DNA from: Balanoglossus misakiensis
Taxonomy: Eukaryota; Animalia; Hemichordata
Assembly: GCA_040954595.2 (NCBI GenBank)
Contig: CM082577.2
Location: 12,717,903-12,781,902 of the forward strand
DNA: 64,000 nt
Direction: 5' to 3'
Shown: piece by piece, positions 23,801 to 36,400 of the stretch
Numbering within the stretch: the first letter of the stretch is position 1
How the letters are laid out: each line of letters opens with the position of its first letter
Program-made: the position numbers and the translations under genes
The notes under the pieces: model-generated
The model's input: only the letters and a program-made list of their open reading frames with translations
Database searches by the model: none
Told to the model about the DNA's origin: nothing

Positions 23801-25305
23801 AACTCCAACGAAACCAATAGGGGCCCAAGCCAAGCCAGGCTTGGGCCCCTATTTAGAATCATTCCAAATTCCACAGCTACGATGTCTTTGCATTTTATAA
23901 GAAAGTTGTCTGTCATTCAACGTTTCAGGTGAGGGAGACACTCTCGAATTGCGTTCCACTAAAACAGACGTTGCTGTTCAAATCAATGTCCCTGATTTAA
24001 GAGCTGTGACTGCGTGTCTCTGGGTAAAAGCTTCTTCGCCAAAAGCAACGGCAACGTTGGTTTCTTACTGTGTCAGCAGATCCAGCTGTAACGAGTTACT
24101 CTTCTTTGGTACAACCTCTCTGACACTGAACGTCAAAGGGAAAGGCGCTCAGACAGGATTGGGGGTAGATGATGGTGCGTGGCATCACATGTGCGTGACA
24201 TGGTCCTCAAGTGGTGGAAACTGGGCAAGTTACCATAATGGTGACTTGTATCTGAGTGGAGATGGTTTAGTGTCTGGTGAGACTATAAGAACTGGTGGGA
24301 CATTGGTGTTAGGTCAAGATCAAGATGACCGGAGGGGTGGATATGATGTGTCACAGGCATTTGTTGGCAGCATCACTCAATTCAACATGTGGTCCAGAGT
24401 CTTAACAGATGGGCAAGTTGCGATGGTGGCACAAGACTGCTCAATTGGAGGAGATGTCTTTACTTGGAATACTGCTTCTCTCTACATGTCAGCTAATGCG
24501 GATCTGGGAAAGAGCAATGTTTGCAGTAAGTTATGTTTTGAACTAGTGTTCAACTATTTAATGTCCCTAACATAGAAGAATGCATGCGGAAATACTATAC
24601 AAGTTGAAAATCGCCTGTTATAAAATTAGAATCATTCCAAATTCCACTGCTACAATGTCTTTGCATTTTATATTAAAGAAGGTTTTGTCTTTCCACGTTT
24701 CAGGTGAGGGCAACACTCTCGAATTGCGTTCCACTAGAACAGACGTTGCTGTTCAAATCAATGTCCCTGATTTAAGAGCTGTGACTGCGTGTCTCTGGGT
24801 AAAAGCTTCTTCGCCAAAAGCAACGGCAACGTTGGTTTCTTACTGTGTCAGCAGATCCAGCTGTAACGAGTTACTCTTCTTTGGTACAACCTCTCTGACA
24901 CTGAACGTCAAAGGGAAAGGCGCTCAGACAGGATTGGGGGTAGATGATGGTGCGTGGCATCACATGTGCGTGACATGGTCCTCAAGTGGTGGAAACTGGG
25001 CAAGTTACCATAATGGTGACTTGTATCTGAGTGGAGATGGTTTAGCGTCTGGTGAGACTATAAGAACTGGTGGGACATTGGTGTTAGGTCAAGATCAAGA
25101 TGACCGGAGAGGTGGATATGATGTGTCACAGGCATTTGTTGGCAGCATCACTCAATTCAACATGTGGTCCAGAGTTTTAACAGATGGGCAAGTTGCAATG
25201 GTGGCACAAGACTGCTCAATTGGAGGAGATGTCTTTACTTGGAATACTGCTTCTCTCTACATGTCAGCTAATGCGGATCTGGGAAAGAGCAATGTTTGTG
25301 GTTAG
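19932..25305 (+). CDS. Multi-pentraxin gene A, 3' part: exons 19932-20528, 20940-21536, 21717-22313, 23929-24525 (597 nt each, phase 1-1) and terminal exon 24704-25305
   Basis: Each exon is one pentraxin domain (WHHMCxTWSS, LVLGQDQD, SQAFVGSI, NMWSRVL), with a tttcag acceptor and gtaagt/gtgagt donor. The last exon ends in TAG. Confidence 0.9.
20681..20906. mobile_element. piggyBac-like MITE, 226 bp
   Basis: TTAA-ccctctgaatgcc ... ggcattgaaaagg-TTAA; paralogous introns show the empty site ttatattaaagaag. Confidence 0.85.
22416..23852 (-). mobile_element. HINE/DINE-1-like non-autonomous Helentron
   Basis: Absent from paralogous introns (empty site ttataaaattagaatc). One end has aggggcccaagcc..ggcttgggcccct; the other has a gctgcaagcagc hairpin plus a degenerate subTIR. 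Internal repeats are shared with 55625-59796. Confidence 0.7.
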
Positions 25306-25394
25306 TGGAGTAAAATCATCGTACCCCAAATACTTACTAGTAGCTAGTTTCCATGAATATGGAATTGATTTAGCCTCTGTCACACTTAGTAATG

Positions 25395-25400
25395 AATAAA
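25395..25400 (+). promoter_or_regulatory. Polyadenylation signal of pentraxin gene A
   Basis: AATAAA 90 nt after the stop, followed by a GT-rich tract. Confidence 0.6.
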
Positions 25401-26258
25401 AAGCAAATGAAACTGAATTCTGACTGTGTGTCGCTTGAATGTGATTTGTACATGATTTTATTCACAAATCACCATCAAAATGTTGTTACACACATGCACA
25501 TGCGGACTCAATAGGCTTTGTTAATCTACAATAGAAAGGCACACAATTGAAATGTCTTTGCATTATGAATAAATTATCCGCTTCCGACCTACATGTACCT
25601 CCCCGAAGGTATCAAACAGAAAGCCATGAAAAGAATGTGTATAACCGTAATTAATGCCTCGATTTTTTCTGCAGTGTGATATTTGGTACACATCACAGGA
25701 TTAACCCAGCTGTCTACTTTCCCTGTATTTTTATGACTTGACTGTGTGCATTTTATTTGCAACATTTAGGTCAACTGGTTTTATGTTCTCTGATGTCGAG
25801 TTTACTTTATGCTTGTAAAAGCCAATAAAGTTGTCACCTGATCAACCGAATTTATGTGTAAGACAACATGCTAGTGTATTGGATACCAAGTCGTTATTCC
25901 GTTTGACAAAATTTCAATTTCCCTGTTCCAATATCGCCTGTTTCACAGGACCATAAAACTGTACAGTAGATAAACATTAACTGTTTAAATGAAACTTGTG
26001 CGATCGTGAGTAATTCCGTAATGGGAAAGTAATTGAACTGTTATACTCGCTTGTAAAAGTTTACTTATGGGGTATTTCATTTGACTATGACTACCCCCTT
26101 CCCACATAAGTAATGGGGTTAACCCTTGAAGATTACACTACGTTCTGGTGTTTCATCATTACTTGTAATGTTTGTGACAGCGGACATTGGACTTTCAACT
26201 AACGGACGAACGAATGCAACAGATATATCATTATGAAAAATTTCAATTGTCACCTTAA

Positions 26259-26996
26259 GGTGGCATTGCATGAAAAGTTGTGATTTTTGCCAAATTTTAC
26301 TTTTTTACATAAATCGGTAGGCCTTATACTGACCCACACCCTGACTAATACGTCTTGGCGGAAATGGTGCATAATCACCCCAAAATAGCACTTTTCTGAA
26401 TGAGTTCACAGCTTAACAAATAGGTGTCAACAATGCAAATGGCCGTTTTTCTCAGTTTGCATTTTCGCTGCTCTTGACAACTTCAGACGAAAATAGCTAC
26501 GCTCTGCATTGGCCGAATTTGCTTAAATTTTAACTGGGGATTGTGTATGACCCATCCAACAAAACGGTATTTTTGTTAGTCGATAAAGTGTCCCTGGCGG
26601 GAATAAACTCTGATTCAATACAACTCACCGTGAATTTGATCAAATTTTACTAAAAATCTAACTTTCAAACGCTGTTACTCCTCAATGGAAGCAGATAACG
26701 CAAAACAAAATTACCATTTTTTTTGCACGTGTACTCCAGTTTCGAATGACATATTAAGATGCATGATGCATGGTCAACTTTTTTACCTATTTTAAATTTC
26801 ATGACATAATATCAAAAAATGTTTTTTTTTCACCCAAAATCGCCACCATTTCCGGGGATCAATAATATTTGCAACTCAAACAAAAGTTCAAAATCTCAGC
26901 TTCCAGAATATATATATGATTTATGGGGGTTTTAACTTTGTCTTTGATGAGAAATAGGCCTCTGAAAAAGTCTCGACGGTTTCATGCAATGCCACC
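26259..26996. mobile_element. TTAA-targeting MITE (Kolobok-like), 738 bp
   Basis: Perfect 17-bp TIR ggtggcattgcatgaaa and TTAA TSD. Confidence 0.9.
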
Positions 26997-29669
26997 TTAA
27001 AGAGAATGTGGCTCGCTAATATAAGAACACCGGAGAAAAATGAAGTGCGCAACTTGAGTAGGCAGGCCTGTGGCATGCTTTTAACACCCTTTCAAACCAT
27101 GTCGTCCCATAAGAGCGAACCTTCTTGCATGGACAAAGTGGAAAATAATGAACCGGTACACCTTCAATCCTCTTATTCGTCGGAGCGGATTATTTTTAAA
27201 CTATTCAATTACCTTAGGAAAGGCTATATGAATAATGCATACATTCTACCAAACACATGGCAGTAATCTCAATTGAAATAAGACACACTCTGGGCTATGT
27301 TCCTTCTTAAAATAGTGAATAGTGTTCAATCGGTTCCCACTAAGATATTTTTACCTGAACAAATGAACATTTTCTACCATTCTAAACTAAATTTGTGTTG
27401 CCTGGCTACGTTTTTCTGCCCAAAGTAATTTTTCCTGTGTTCAAAGTGGTATCACAAAACCGTCGGTGACAATAAACATAATAGCCCTCAAAACTTTCCA
27501 AGTCTTTGCAATATTCAAAATGTGCTGCGTGTCACTTTGAGAACAGAGAACAAAACTAGATTCACTTGTTTGATTTCGCGAGACTTGCCGACGTCGATCC
27601 AAGTCAGAGGCGCTCCTCGAAAGTGAAGCACTGGGATAGAAAGGAAGGGACGAAACTGAAGTTATTTCACCTCCGAGATGAAAAACAATAAAGTAGCACC
27701 ATTTAGGGATAAGGTAAGGGGAAAGGGCGATTATTGACTTGAAACGTAGAATTGTAGCCGCTTACCATCTGGCTGTAATAACTGCATGATATGAATGTTT
27801 GAAATGAAGTTTTTCGCCATGGTAAACAAACAGCTGTCTTCGGATTTAGGACGACGTCGACCTGATGGTAAGTCCAAACTTGAGAAATTTCTTGTAACAA
27901 TTGTGCAGTATTAATAAGGCAGTTTTCATCGTTCAGTCAAAACAATTTCTGACAGAATTTAATAGCTTACGTCAAGCTAATTCAGTCAGAGCAAAATAGT
28001 CATCACGAGTAATTTCAACCTTAAAGAGAATTTTGTTTAAAATGAAAAGCTTTTCATGGTGTTTTACTGCTTGAAACATGCTAAAATACTTGTAAACTGT
28101 ACTCAATCTCTACCACGTGTACAACGGACAAGAGTGAACATTCAGTGAATCAATTATGGTCGCTACCCAGTTATTCAATGTTGAGACAACTTTTGTCTAT
28201 ATGTATACAGTGATGCATAATGTTTAGATTACACGGGGCTTGTAAGGAAATCTCAGAGTGTGGATTCCTTTCATGTTATAGCTGTCATGTTCATGTCTTG
28301 TTCCCAGTGTTCAGGGAGACTTGCTAACCAAAATGTTTATCAAATGAACTTGGAATGCGATGACTAATCGACGAATTGTTTACCGTGATGTTCAATGTAA
28401 TACCAAAGTACCAAACATATTGCTTTCAATTCTGTACTTTGTAGCAGTTAGATTGTACGCCCATGTAAGAAAAGTCCTGCTAGAAAGGGTGTTACATGCG
28501 ACCCTTACCAACAGCCGCAGACTAGACGACGACCGCCTTTCAAACCAAGTGTTGCCGAGCGACACGCATAATCTCTCCCCCTCTCTCTCTCTTTCTCTCT
28601 CTCTCTCCCCTCTCAATCCTCTCTCTCCCTCCCTCTCTCCCTATTGTTATTGAATTGCTATTCCATGTGATCTATTATTCTACATGGTGTTTTGTATGGC
28701 TTTACTTTCGTGGTGGTGTTGCCATGGTGACCATTACTGGGCTGTCTTGTATGATTGACACGGATGGAGGGGTTCCCCCATCCTCCCATTGGTGGGTTCT
28801 ACACCAATCAGAAGTGCGATCTGGGGCACGTGTTTAGCCCCAAGTTTCGGCTCTGGGGTTAACCCTTAAAGATTACACTACGTTCTGGTGTTTCATCGTT
28901 ACTTGTAATGTTTGTGACAGCGGATATTGGACTTTGAACTAACGGACGAACGAATGCAACAGATATATCATTATGAAATATTTCAATCTGTACACTTCAA
29001 AATCAAAGAAGGACTGCAGTCCACGAGTTTGTCGGGATGGAAGGTGATCGCAGCAGGGGGTATCGGGAGCTGGAAAGGATTTTCGACAAAAAGATATAAC
29101 AAAGTTTTTGATCTATGAAAAGGGGCGTCCTCCAATGGTTCGTGATGCTAGTCTAGTGCAGTGTGAAGCAGCAGGGGAAATGCGGTCACGAAGTCCGAGT
29201 GGGCAGTAGGCTGCTCTACCTTTGGCCCCGCAGACGACAGGTGGTATTACCCTGGCATCATGGTCTGGAGGTACCAAAGAGACATGCTGGCATGGACGAG
29301 TGTCCACAAACCAAAGACAGTATGTATGATGACCCCTTTTCGCAAGCGTACACAATGCACATGCGCATACTCGAGACTGCGCATTCTAAAGGAACGTTTG
29401 TATCAACAGGTGCGAATAGTCTGGTTATGTAAACGCGTTTTGATATATATGTTCATTTTATGGCCTTTTGGTGAGCAAGCGGGTTATATTAATTAGGTCA
29501 CCATTTATTTGTCAAAACTGCCGTTGGTGGCGACATGAAACAACAGACATTACCGTCTGTGTAAGTCAGAACTGAGTCTCTAGCTATTTGCATATAGAAG
29601 GAACGTTTGAGCAGGTGCGATAGTGCAGGAGCTAAACCCCAAATTTTGGCATAATTGTGCCCTTTGGGT

Positions 29670-29886
29670 AAAAGCATGAAACTTGGTACACTTATGCATT
29701 GACCCATGGCGGCCATTTTCTGATATGGATCCAAAATGACAGCGCCCTCTAGTGGCCGAAACAGACATTCATACTTTAAAATTGTGCACTTCCGGTTAAA
29801 AGCATGAAATTTGGTATAATTATTCATTGATCCATGGCGGACATTTTCCAATATGGATCACAAAAGTCAGCGCCCTCTAGTGGCCA
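29670..29886. promoter_or_regulatory. ~128-bp tandem repeat pair, each unit with a CTCF-like motif and a YY1-like motif
   Basis: cagcgccctctagtggcc at 29740-29757 and 29868-29885; catggcggccatttt / catggcggacatttt upstream of each. Motif match only. Confidence 0.5.
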
Positions 29887-30487
29887 GAAATTAACATTTA
29901 CACTTTTTCCTCCATTAATGGCACTTTTTGGTCAAGTTTAACACTCAGACACTGGAATGTGGGTTGTCTGAAATCACCAAGGTTCTTAAATACGAATTTT
30001 CATACATGGCCGATATTTATTCTGATTACCCGACCTACCCTAATTTTGGCCCACCGACCCTAAACTTGTTAGAGCTCTTCGTAAAGCGGTGTAAAAATAA
30101 CCGTTCTCCACAGTCATATTTTCTACAAAGAAATATGATGTTAAACTTCGGCAGTCAAAACTTTATTACTTGGTTTTCAAAAATATCCTAAAATATTTTT
30201 GGACGCCTTTAATTGTTACAGTTGTTTATAAAACAACACAAAAAATCAATTACTCTTCTGAAGAACCCAACCTTTTCATTCCCTATTTTCCATGGGTATA
30301 AGGAAAACGTTCCTCGTCCTCGTCAGCAGCAAAAAATTCTTCAGGATAAACGGAATATGGATTCACATTCAGAGTGAATCCGAATAATATTTGGCTGCAG
30401 GGTTAAAGGTCACAAGTACATGATTATTGTTTTGAACTTTAACATTTTCTATGAAACTGTACTTTCTACAGTACTGTGGGTCACTAC

Positions 30488-30490
<3 letters not shown>

Positions 30491-30584
<94 letters not shown>

Positions 30585-30625
30585 GGTGTGTGTGTTGGTG
30601 TGTGTGTGTGTGTGTGTGTGTGTTG

Positions 30626-30662
<37 letters not shown>

Positions 30663-30740
30663 GGTGTGTGCGTGTATGTATGTATGTATGTATGTATGTA
30701 TGTATGTATGTATGTATGTATGTATGTATGTATGTATGTA
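30491..30740. repeat. Compound (TG)n-(TATG)n microsatellite
   Basis: Direct reading. Confidence 0.97.
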
Positions 30741-30845
30741 TTCATTGTCGTCATCATCAGGCAATATTCCTCCAGTAAGCATGGTAGGAAGATTCCGGGG
30801 AGGGGGTATTAGAAAGTGTATTAAAAATTTCAATTGTCAACTTAA

Positions 30846-31285
30846 ACCCTGGTGCGGAAAGTCATGGGGTTCGGATTAACGTGTGTTTGTATAGTTGTTT
30901 ATTTGGGAGTGGTCGTCGTGCATAATGACTGTGTAATTGCTCTCATGTACACAGAAAATAATTGAACACTTCACACTTCCACGCGATTGACAACTGTTTG
31001 AATGGCGTGGTTTTTGTTTCCCAGGGACGCTTCTGAAAAGCACTGAAACCAGATTTCTCCCAAAATCATCGTTGTTTCATAAGCTCGTGTACTTTTTCGT
31101 CGATAACTTTATGTTGTGTGTGTTTATAAAGCCAACTACTGTCGTTGTGTGGTGTAATTCTTTATGCTTGGACCTGTTTCGGCCGATTTTCATAGAGCCA
31201 AGATCGTTGGTGTTGTCTGTTGTCAGTCAAACGGCATTAAGATTCGCCACTGATTTGGGGGGTCTTTTATACCCCGCACCGGGGT
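30846..31285. mobile_element. TTAA-targeting MITE, 440 bp
   Basis: TTAA-accctggtgcgg ... ccgcaccggggt-TTAA (11/12 TIR). Confidence 0.85.
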
Positions 31286-32960
31286 TTAAAGAGAATGCGG
31301 CTTGCTAATATAAGAACACCGGAGAAAAATGAAGTGCGCAACTTGAGTAGGCAGGCCTGTGGCATGCTTTTATCACCCTTTCAAACCATGTCGTCCCATG
31401 AGAGCGAACCTTCTAGCATGGACAAAGTGGAAAATAATGAACCGGTGCACCTTCAATCCTCTTATTCGTCGGAGCGGATTATTTTTAAACTATTCAATTA
31501 CCTTAGGAAAGGCTATATGAATAATGCATACATTCTACCCAACACATGGCAGTAATCTCAATTGAAATAAGACACACTGGGCTATGTTCCTTCTTAAAAT
31601 AGTGAATAGTGTTCCATCGGTTCCCACTAAGATAATTTTACCTGAACAAATGAACATTTTCTACCATTCTAAACTAAATTTGTGTTGCCTGGCTACGTTT
31701 TTCTGCCCAAAGTAATTTTTCCTGTGTTCAAAGTGGTATCACAAAACCGTCGGTGACAATAAACATAATAGCCCTCAAAACTTTCCAAGTCTTTGCAATA
31801 TCCAAAATGTGCTGCGTGTCACTTTGAGAACAGAGAACAAAACTAGATTCACTTGTTTGATTTCGCGAGACTTGCCGACGTCGATCCAAGTCAGAGGCGC
31901 TCCTCGAAAGTGAAGCACTGTGATAGAAAGGAAGGGACGAAACTGAAGTTATTTCACCTCCGAGATGAAAAACAATAAAGTAGCACCATTTAGGGATAAG
32001 GTAAGGGGAAAGGGCGATTATTGACTTGAAACGTAGAATTGTAGCCGCTTAGCATCTGGCTGTAATAACTGCATGATATGAATGTTTGAAATGAAGTTTT
32101 TCGCCATGGTAAACAAACAGCTGTCTTCGGATTTAGGACGACGTCGACCTGATGGTACATCCAAACTTGAGAAATTTCTTGTAACAATTGTGCAGTATTA
32201 ATAAGGCAGTTTTCATCGTTCAGTCAAAACAATTTCTAAAAGAATTTAATAGCTTACGTCAAGCTAATTCAGTCAGAGCAAAATAGTCATCACGAGTAAT
32301 TTCAACCTTAAAGAGAATGTTGTTTAAAATGAAAAGCTTTTCATGGTGTTTTACTGCTTGAAACATGCTAAAATACTTGTAAACTGTACTCAATCTCTAC
32401 CACGTGTGAAATGGACAAGAGTGAACATTCAGTGAGTCAATTTATGGTCGCTACCCAGTTATTCAATGTTGAGACAACTTTTGTCTATATGTATACAGTG
32501 ATGCATAATGTTTAGATTACACGGGGCTTGTAAGGAAATCTCAGAGTGTGGATTCCTTTCATGTTATAGCTGTCATGTTCATGTCTTGTTCCCAGTGTTC
32601 AGGGAGACCTTGCTAACCAAAATGTTTATCAAATGAACTTGGAATGTGATGACTAATCGACGAATTGTTTACCGTGATGTACAATGTAATAACAAAGTAC
32701 CAAACATATTGCTTTCAATTCTGTACTTTGTAGCAGTTAGATTGTACGCCCATGTAAGAAAAGTCCTGCTAGAAAGGGTATTACATGCGACCCTTACCAA
32801 CAGCCGCAGACTAGACGACGACCGCCTTTCAAACCAAGTGTTGCCGAGCGACACGCATAATCTCTCCCCCCCCCTCTCTCTCTCTTTCTCTCTCTCTCTC
32901 TCCCCTCTCAATCCTCTCTCTCCCTCCCTCTCTCCCTATTGTTATTGAATTGCTATTCCA

Positions 32961-33391
32961 TGTGATCTATTATTCTACATGGTGTTTTGTATGGCTTCAC
33001 TTTCGTGGTGGTGTTGCCATGGTGACCGTTACTGGGCTGTCTTGTATGATTGACACGGATGGAGGGGTTCCCCCATCCTCCCATTGGTGGGTTCTACACC
33101 AATCAGAAGTGCGATCTGGGGCACGTGTTTAGCCCCAAGTTTCGGCTCTGTGCAACGTTTCCTGATTAGTCCGGTTTAATCCCTACCGGATAGCCAGCCC
33201 CGGGTCACCGATCGCGAGATCTAGAGGTGTTCGCCGTAGCAGTTCGGTGTGGGCCGATACTTTCGGCGAGACGTTTGCTTTCCGGCGAGTTCCTACCGCC
33301 GTGTGTGAAGACAGTGCTGTTTGTGAGAGGCTCGGGCGGGTGTGTCTGTGCTACCGGTTTTCAAAGGCGGAACGTCCAGGCTTCCGTCACA
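32961..33391 (+). mobile_element. Possible solo LTR (431 bp)
   Basis: TGTGA...TCACA termini, GC-rich interior and CCAAT motifs; flanks ttcca/ataca are not a clean TSD. Confidence 0.4.
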
Positions 33392-33423
33392 ATACATGTA
33401 TATATCTTTGGTTTGCTTCACAG

Positions 33424-36400
33424 ACCGATGTCAAGACGGGCCAAAAACGGCGGCGGAAGGTTATCATCGGGGTCTTACTCACCACAGGGCTGATACTCGC
33501 TGGTGGTGGTGCTGCGGGTGGGTTTTTTACTGGTATGTATTTTTTGTCCATCTCAATCACGGTTAGAGAACAACCATTTAATTTCTTCCCTTTATCAAGT
33601 TTTCTTGCAGGCTGGTAAAAATTTATTGCTCTTCGAAATATCCAAACATCTTTAATCACACGTTGATTTATAAAAAATTCGTATATATTCATAATAGGCA
33701 ATTTGAGTACATGCATATGTTGATTCCTTCTCAAGGTGAAATGTTCGGCCTTGGTGAAAAGGGACAGTCCGTTGGAAATCCTGAGACAACGCTCGTGCCA
33801 TTACATACAACACAACCATCGGATCCAGGTAATTGATAACATAATCTCCTTTTCTAATTTAACATACCAAAAGTATTACCATGGTCAAGATGACCAAAGT
33901 GTTTCAATAAATGTGCAGTACATAATTTTACAATATTCTGTTGGATTTTCAATTATTCGCGAGTTATAATATATATTTAAAAACGTTAACACTGTGTGCG
34001 AATATGTGTATAAACGGTATACATGTAGTTGCTGTTAGTTGGCATCGATGACAGATACGTGTGCGTATATAAATGGATTGGCTTCCATCTGCCCTTGGTC
34101 TTTTTGCTTCTTCTCAGTAGGCCAGTTTTAGCCACTGTTCGTTATCACACGATACTTGGCATGTTAGTAACACCAATGGCTGCAATTTTGTAACAACAGC
34201 TATATAAACTACCCATCTCACGTTGCCTTTGCTAACATTAATTATTAAACCCTAAAATAGACACTAGCACAAAATGACGTGGTCAAATCTCCTTCTCTTT
34301 GAAGCACTGATCAGTGCGACTCCAACCCTCCGCGTCCATCCTGATTATATCCCGGATGTTGTGCAAGGTCGGCAGATTGACTTCCATTTGAACGTTGAAC
34401 TGCCGATTGTTTACGCCAGCCGAACAGTAGAGGACACTGCAGCGAATTTGTTTTCGATCAACGCTTTCCTGGCTGTGTCTGACGTCAGCGGGGCTGGGGG
34501 TGACTTGGTTTCGTCGACAGCTTCCCAAGAGACTGCTCCCACGAATAGCTCTCTGGGTAATACAACAATGGCAACTGGGACTTCCAGTGGTGCAGACAAA
34601 ACAACCGGCGTGCGTGTCAATACAACAGAAACGTCAGCGCTCGTAACACTGGGAGATGAGGGGGCAAAGCAGACCCACAGGACAACAGCTGTTGTACCTG
34701 AACGTGACGTCACACTTTCAAATCATATGGCTGTGCTGGTAGATGTTCAGGCCAACTTAGATCCTATACCGTGCAACCACTACAACTTGATTTGTGTTGA
34801 GATTTATCCAGTTGACACAGAAGTTTGGCAGTGGACAGGCGACGTGAAGAGAACTGCCTGTGTAAAGATAGGAGATTGTCTCTGTGAGTATAAAAGTTCA
34901 ATAATGATGATTAGGTCGTGACGTTCCCACAGCCCCTATCAAACATTTTATTGATGTCATGACATTTGTGACGTTTTTGTACCGTATCAACACTTGCGTG
35001 ACTCTATTTTACAGGTTAAGAAACACGTAAGCTATCAGTCGGAACATTTAATACTCATTACATGCAATGTACCGGCGAGAGAATCATGGATAACCCATTA
35101 CCAGAAAGTTTTCAATGCACGATGCCATGTTCATACATAATGGTTTTTCATCTTTTCTTCACAGACCCCATTGATCCAATTGATATGCAAGTGTTTGCAG
35201 ACATGAACGTAACCATGGGAACATCACAGTTGTTATGTATTGGCGTTGAATTGTACCTCGGAAATGATACGGGAAACTACACAAGTATGGAGGATATCTT
35301 ATTCGACGTTCAGCTCTACTTCTCCGCCAATGCAACAGGGCATCCACACTCGAAGAAAGTTTTAGCTGATCATATCTCGCCAACAATGGCCGTCATTCTT
35401 CCAAATTCCAACGTGAACATGGACAACCTGATGGCAACCTACGACCTCCGTGATATCGGCTGTGCAACGTACCCGTATGTATGCGCCGACATTTCTCCTA
35501 TGAAGGACGCCCCCTTTTTGTGGCTCTACGATGACTGGTGTATCACAAACTGTGTTGAGGTGACGACTTGTACACGTGAGTTAGAATTAAAATCATGGTT
35601 TCTAACCGTAATCAGAGCTTCAGAGATGCAACTATTTCCGGGTAATTTTTTCTCGTGCGTTTCCTTGTAGATATACAACTCGACACATGTAGCATTCTGC
35701 AGTGCATTTGTAGCAGATGCACATGTTTAAATTGATTGTCTATGGAACATGAAGCTGGCAGATATACGTTTACTGGATCATCAGATAAACGTTTAGCTTT
35801 CTTATTCCCTTCAGATCAAATCGACGAACTATCTCTCGATGTGAGTGTTAGTTCCAACAGCAATGTTGACCTCGTCATGGGTTCATCGAAACGCTTTTCC
35901 CTCGACGTTAGCATAGCGATTGGACCGGACACAGCACAGTTCTCCAGTGAAGTTAACCATGTACTCGGCATGAATTTGAACCTGAAGACTAACGTGGAAG
36001 ACCCAGCTCTTGTGACTTCTCCACCGACCAACGTCACTTCCGGTACCTTGTCTATCTCACCGAACATATCAATATCCATGTATAACGTTACTTTCATGGA
36101 AACAGACTTGGTTGATATCGGATGTGACGACGTCAAGTTTATCTGCGTTGATTTATTCCCTGGTGGTAACTCCGGGTTTCCATGGAAATGGTCTAGAGGC
36201 GACGTTCTTTCCGGTTGTCTGGCAGTGAACGGAACCTGTATCGGTAGGCTTCAAGAGATTGTTGCACTTTTTGCACATTTTTGTCTTTGTTTAATGGAAA
36301 TTTTGAATTTTGGAATATGGAAGCTTAGAGTGATCGCAGTTGTTCTCCTGGTGGAATTTCTCTGTGTTAACTCCTATATTCCTTTCATCTAGTTCAAGTG

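Larger units (their letters stand above)
26114..33150. repeat. Tandem segmental duplication (copy 1 26114-28855, copy 2 28854-33150) with copy-specific insertions
   Basis: 26114-26247 matches 28854-28987; 27001-28855 matches 31290-33150 at high identity; TG microhomology at the junction. Confidence 0.93.

Noticed and set aside
30369-30879. ORFs rich in CV/HT/YIHT (also at 19617, 41869, 42888-43195)
   Set aside because: These are translations of microsatellites.
27006-33132. Duplicated small ORFs as paralogous genes (also 55872-59537)
   Set aside because: They recur only because the DNA is duplicated; there are no domain motifs.
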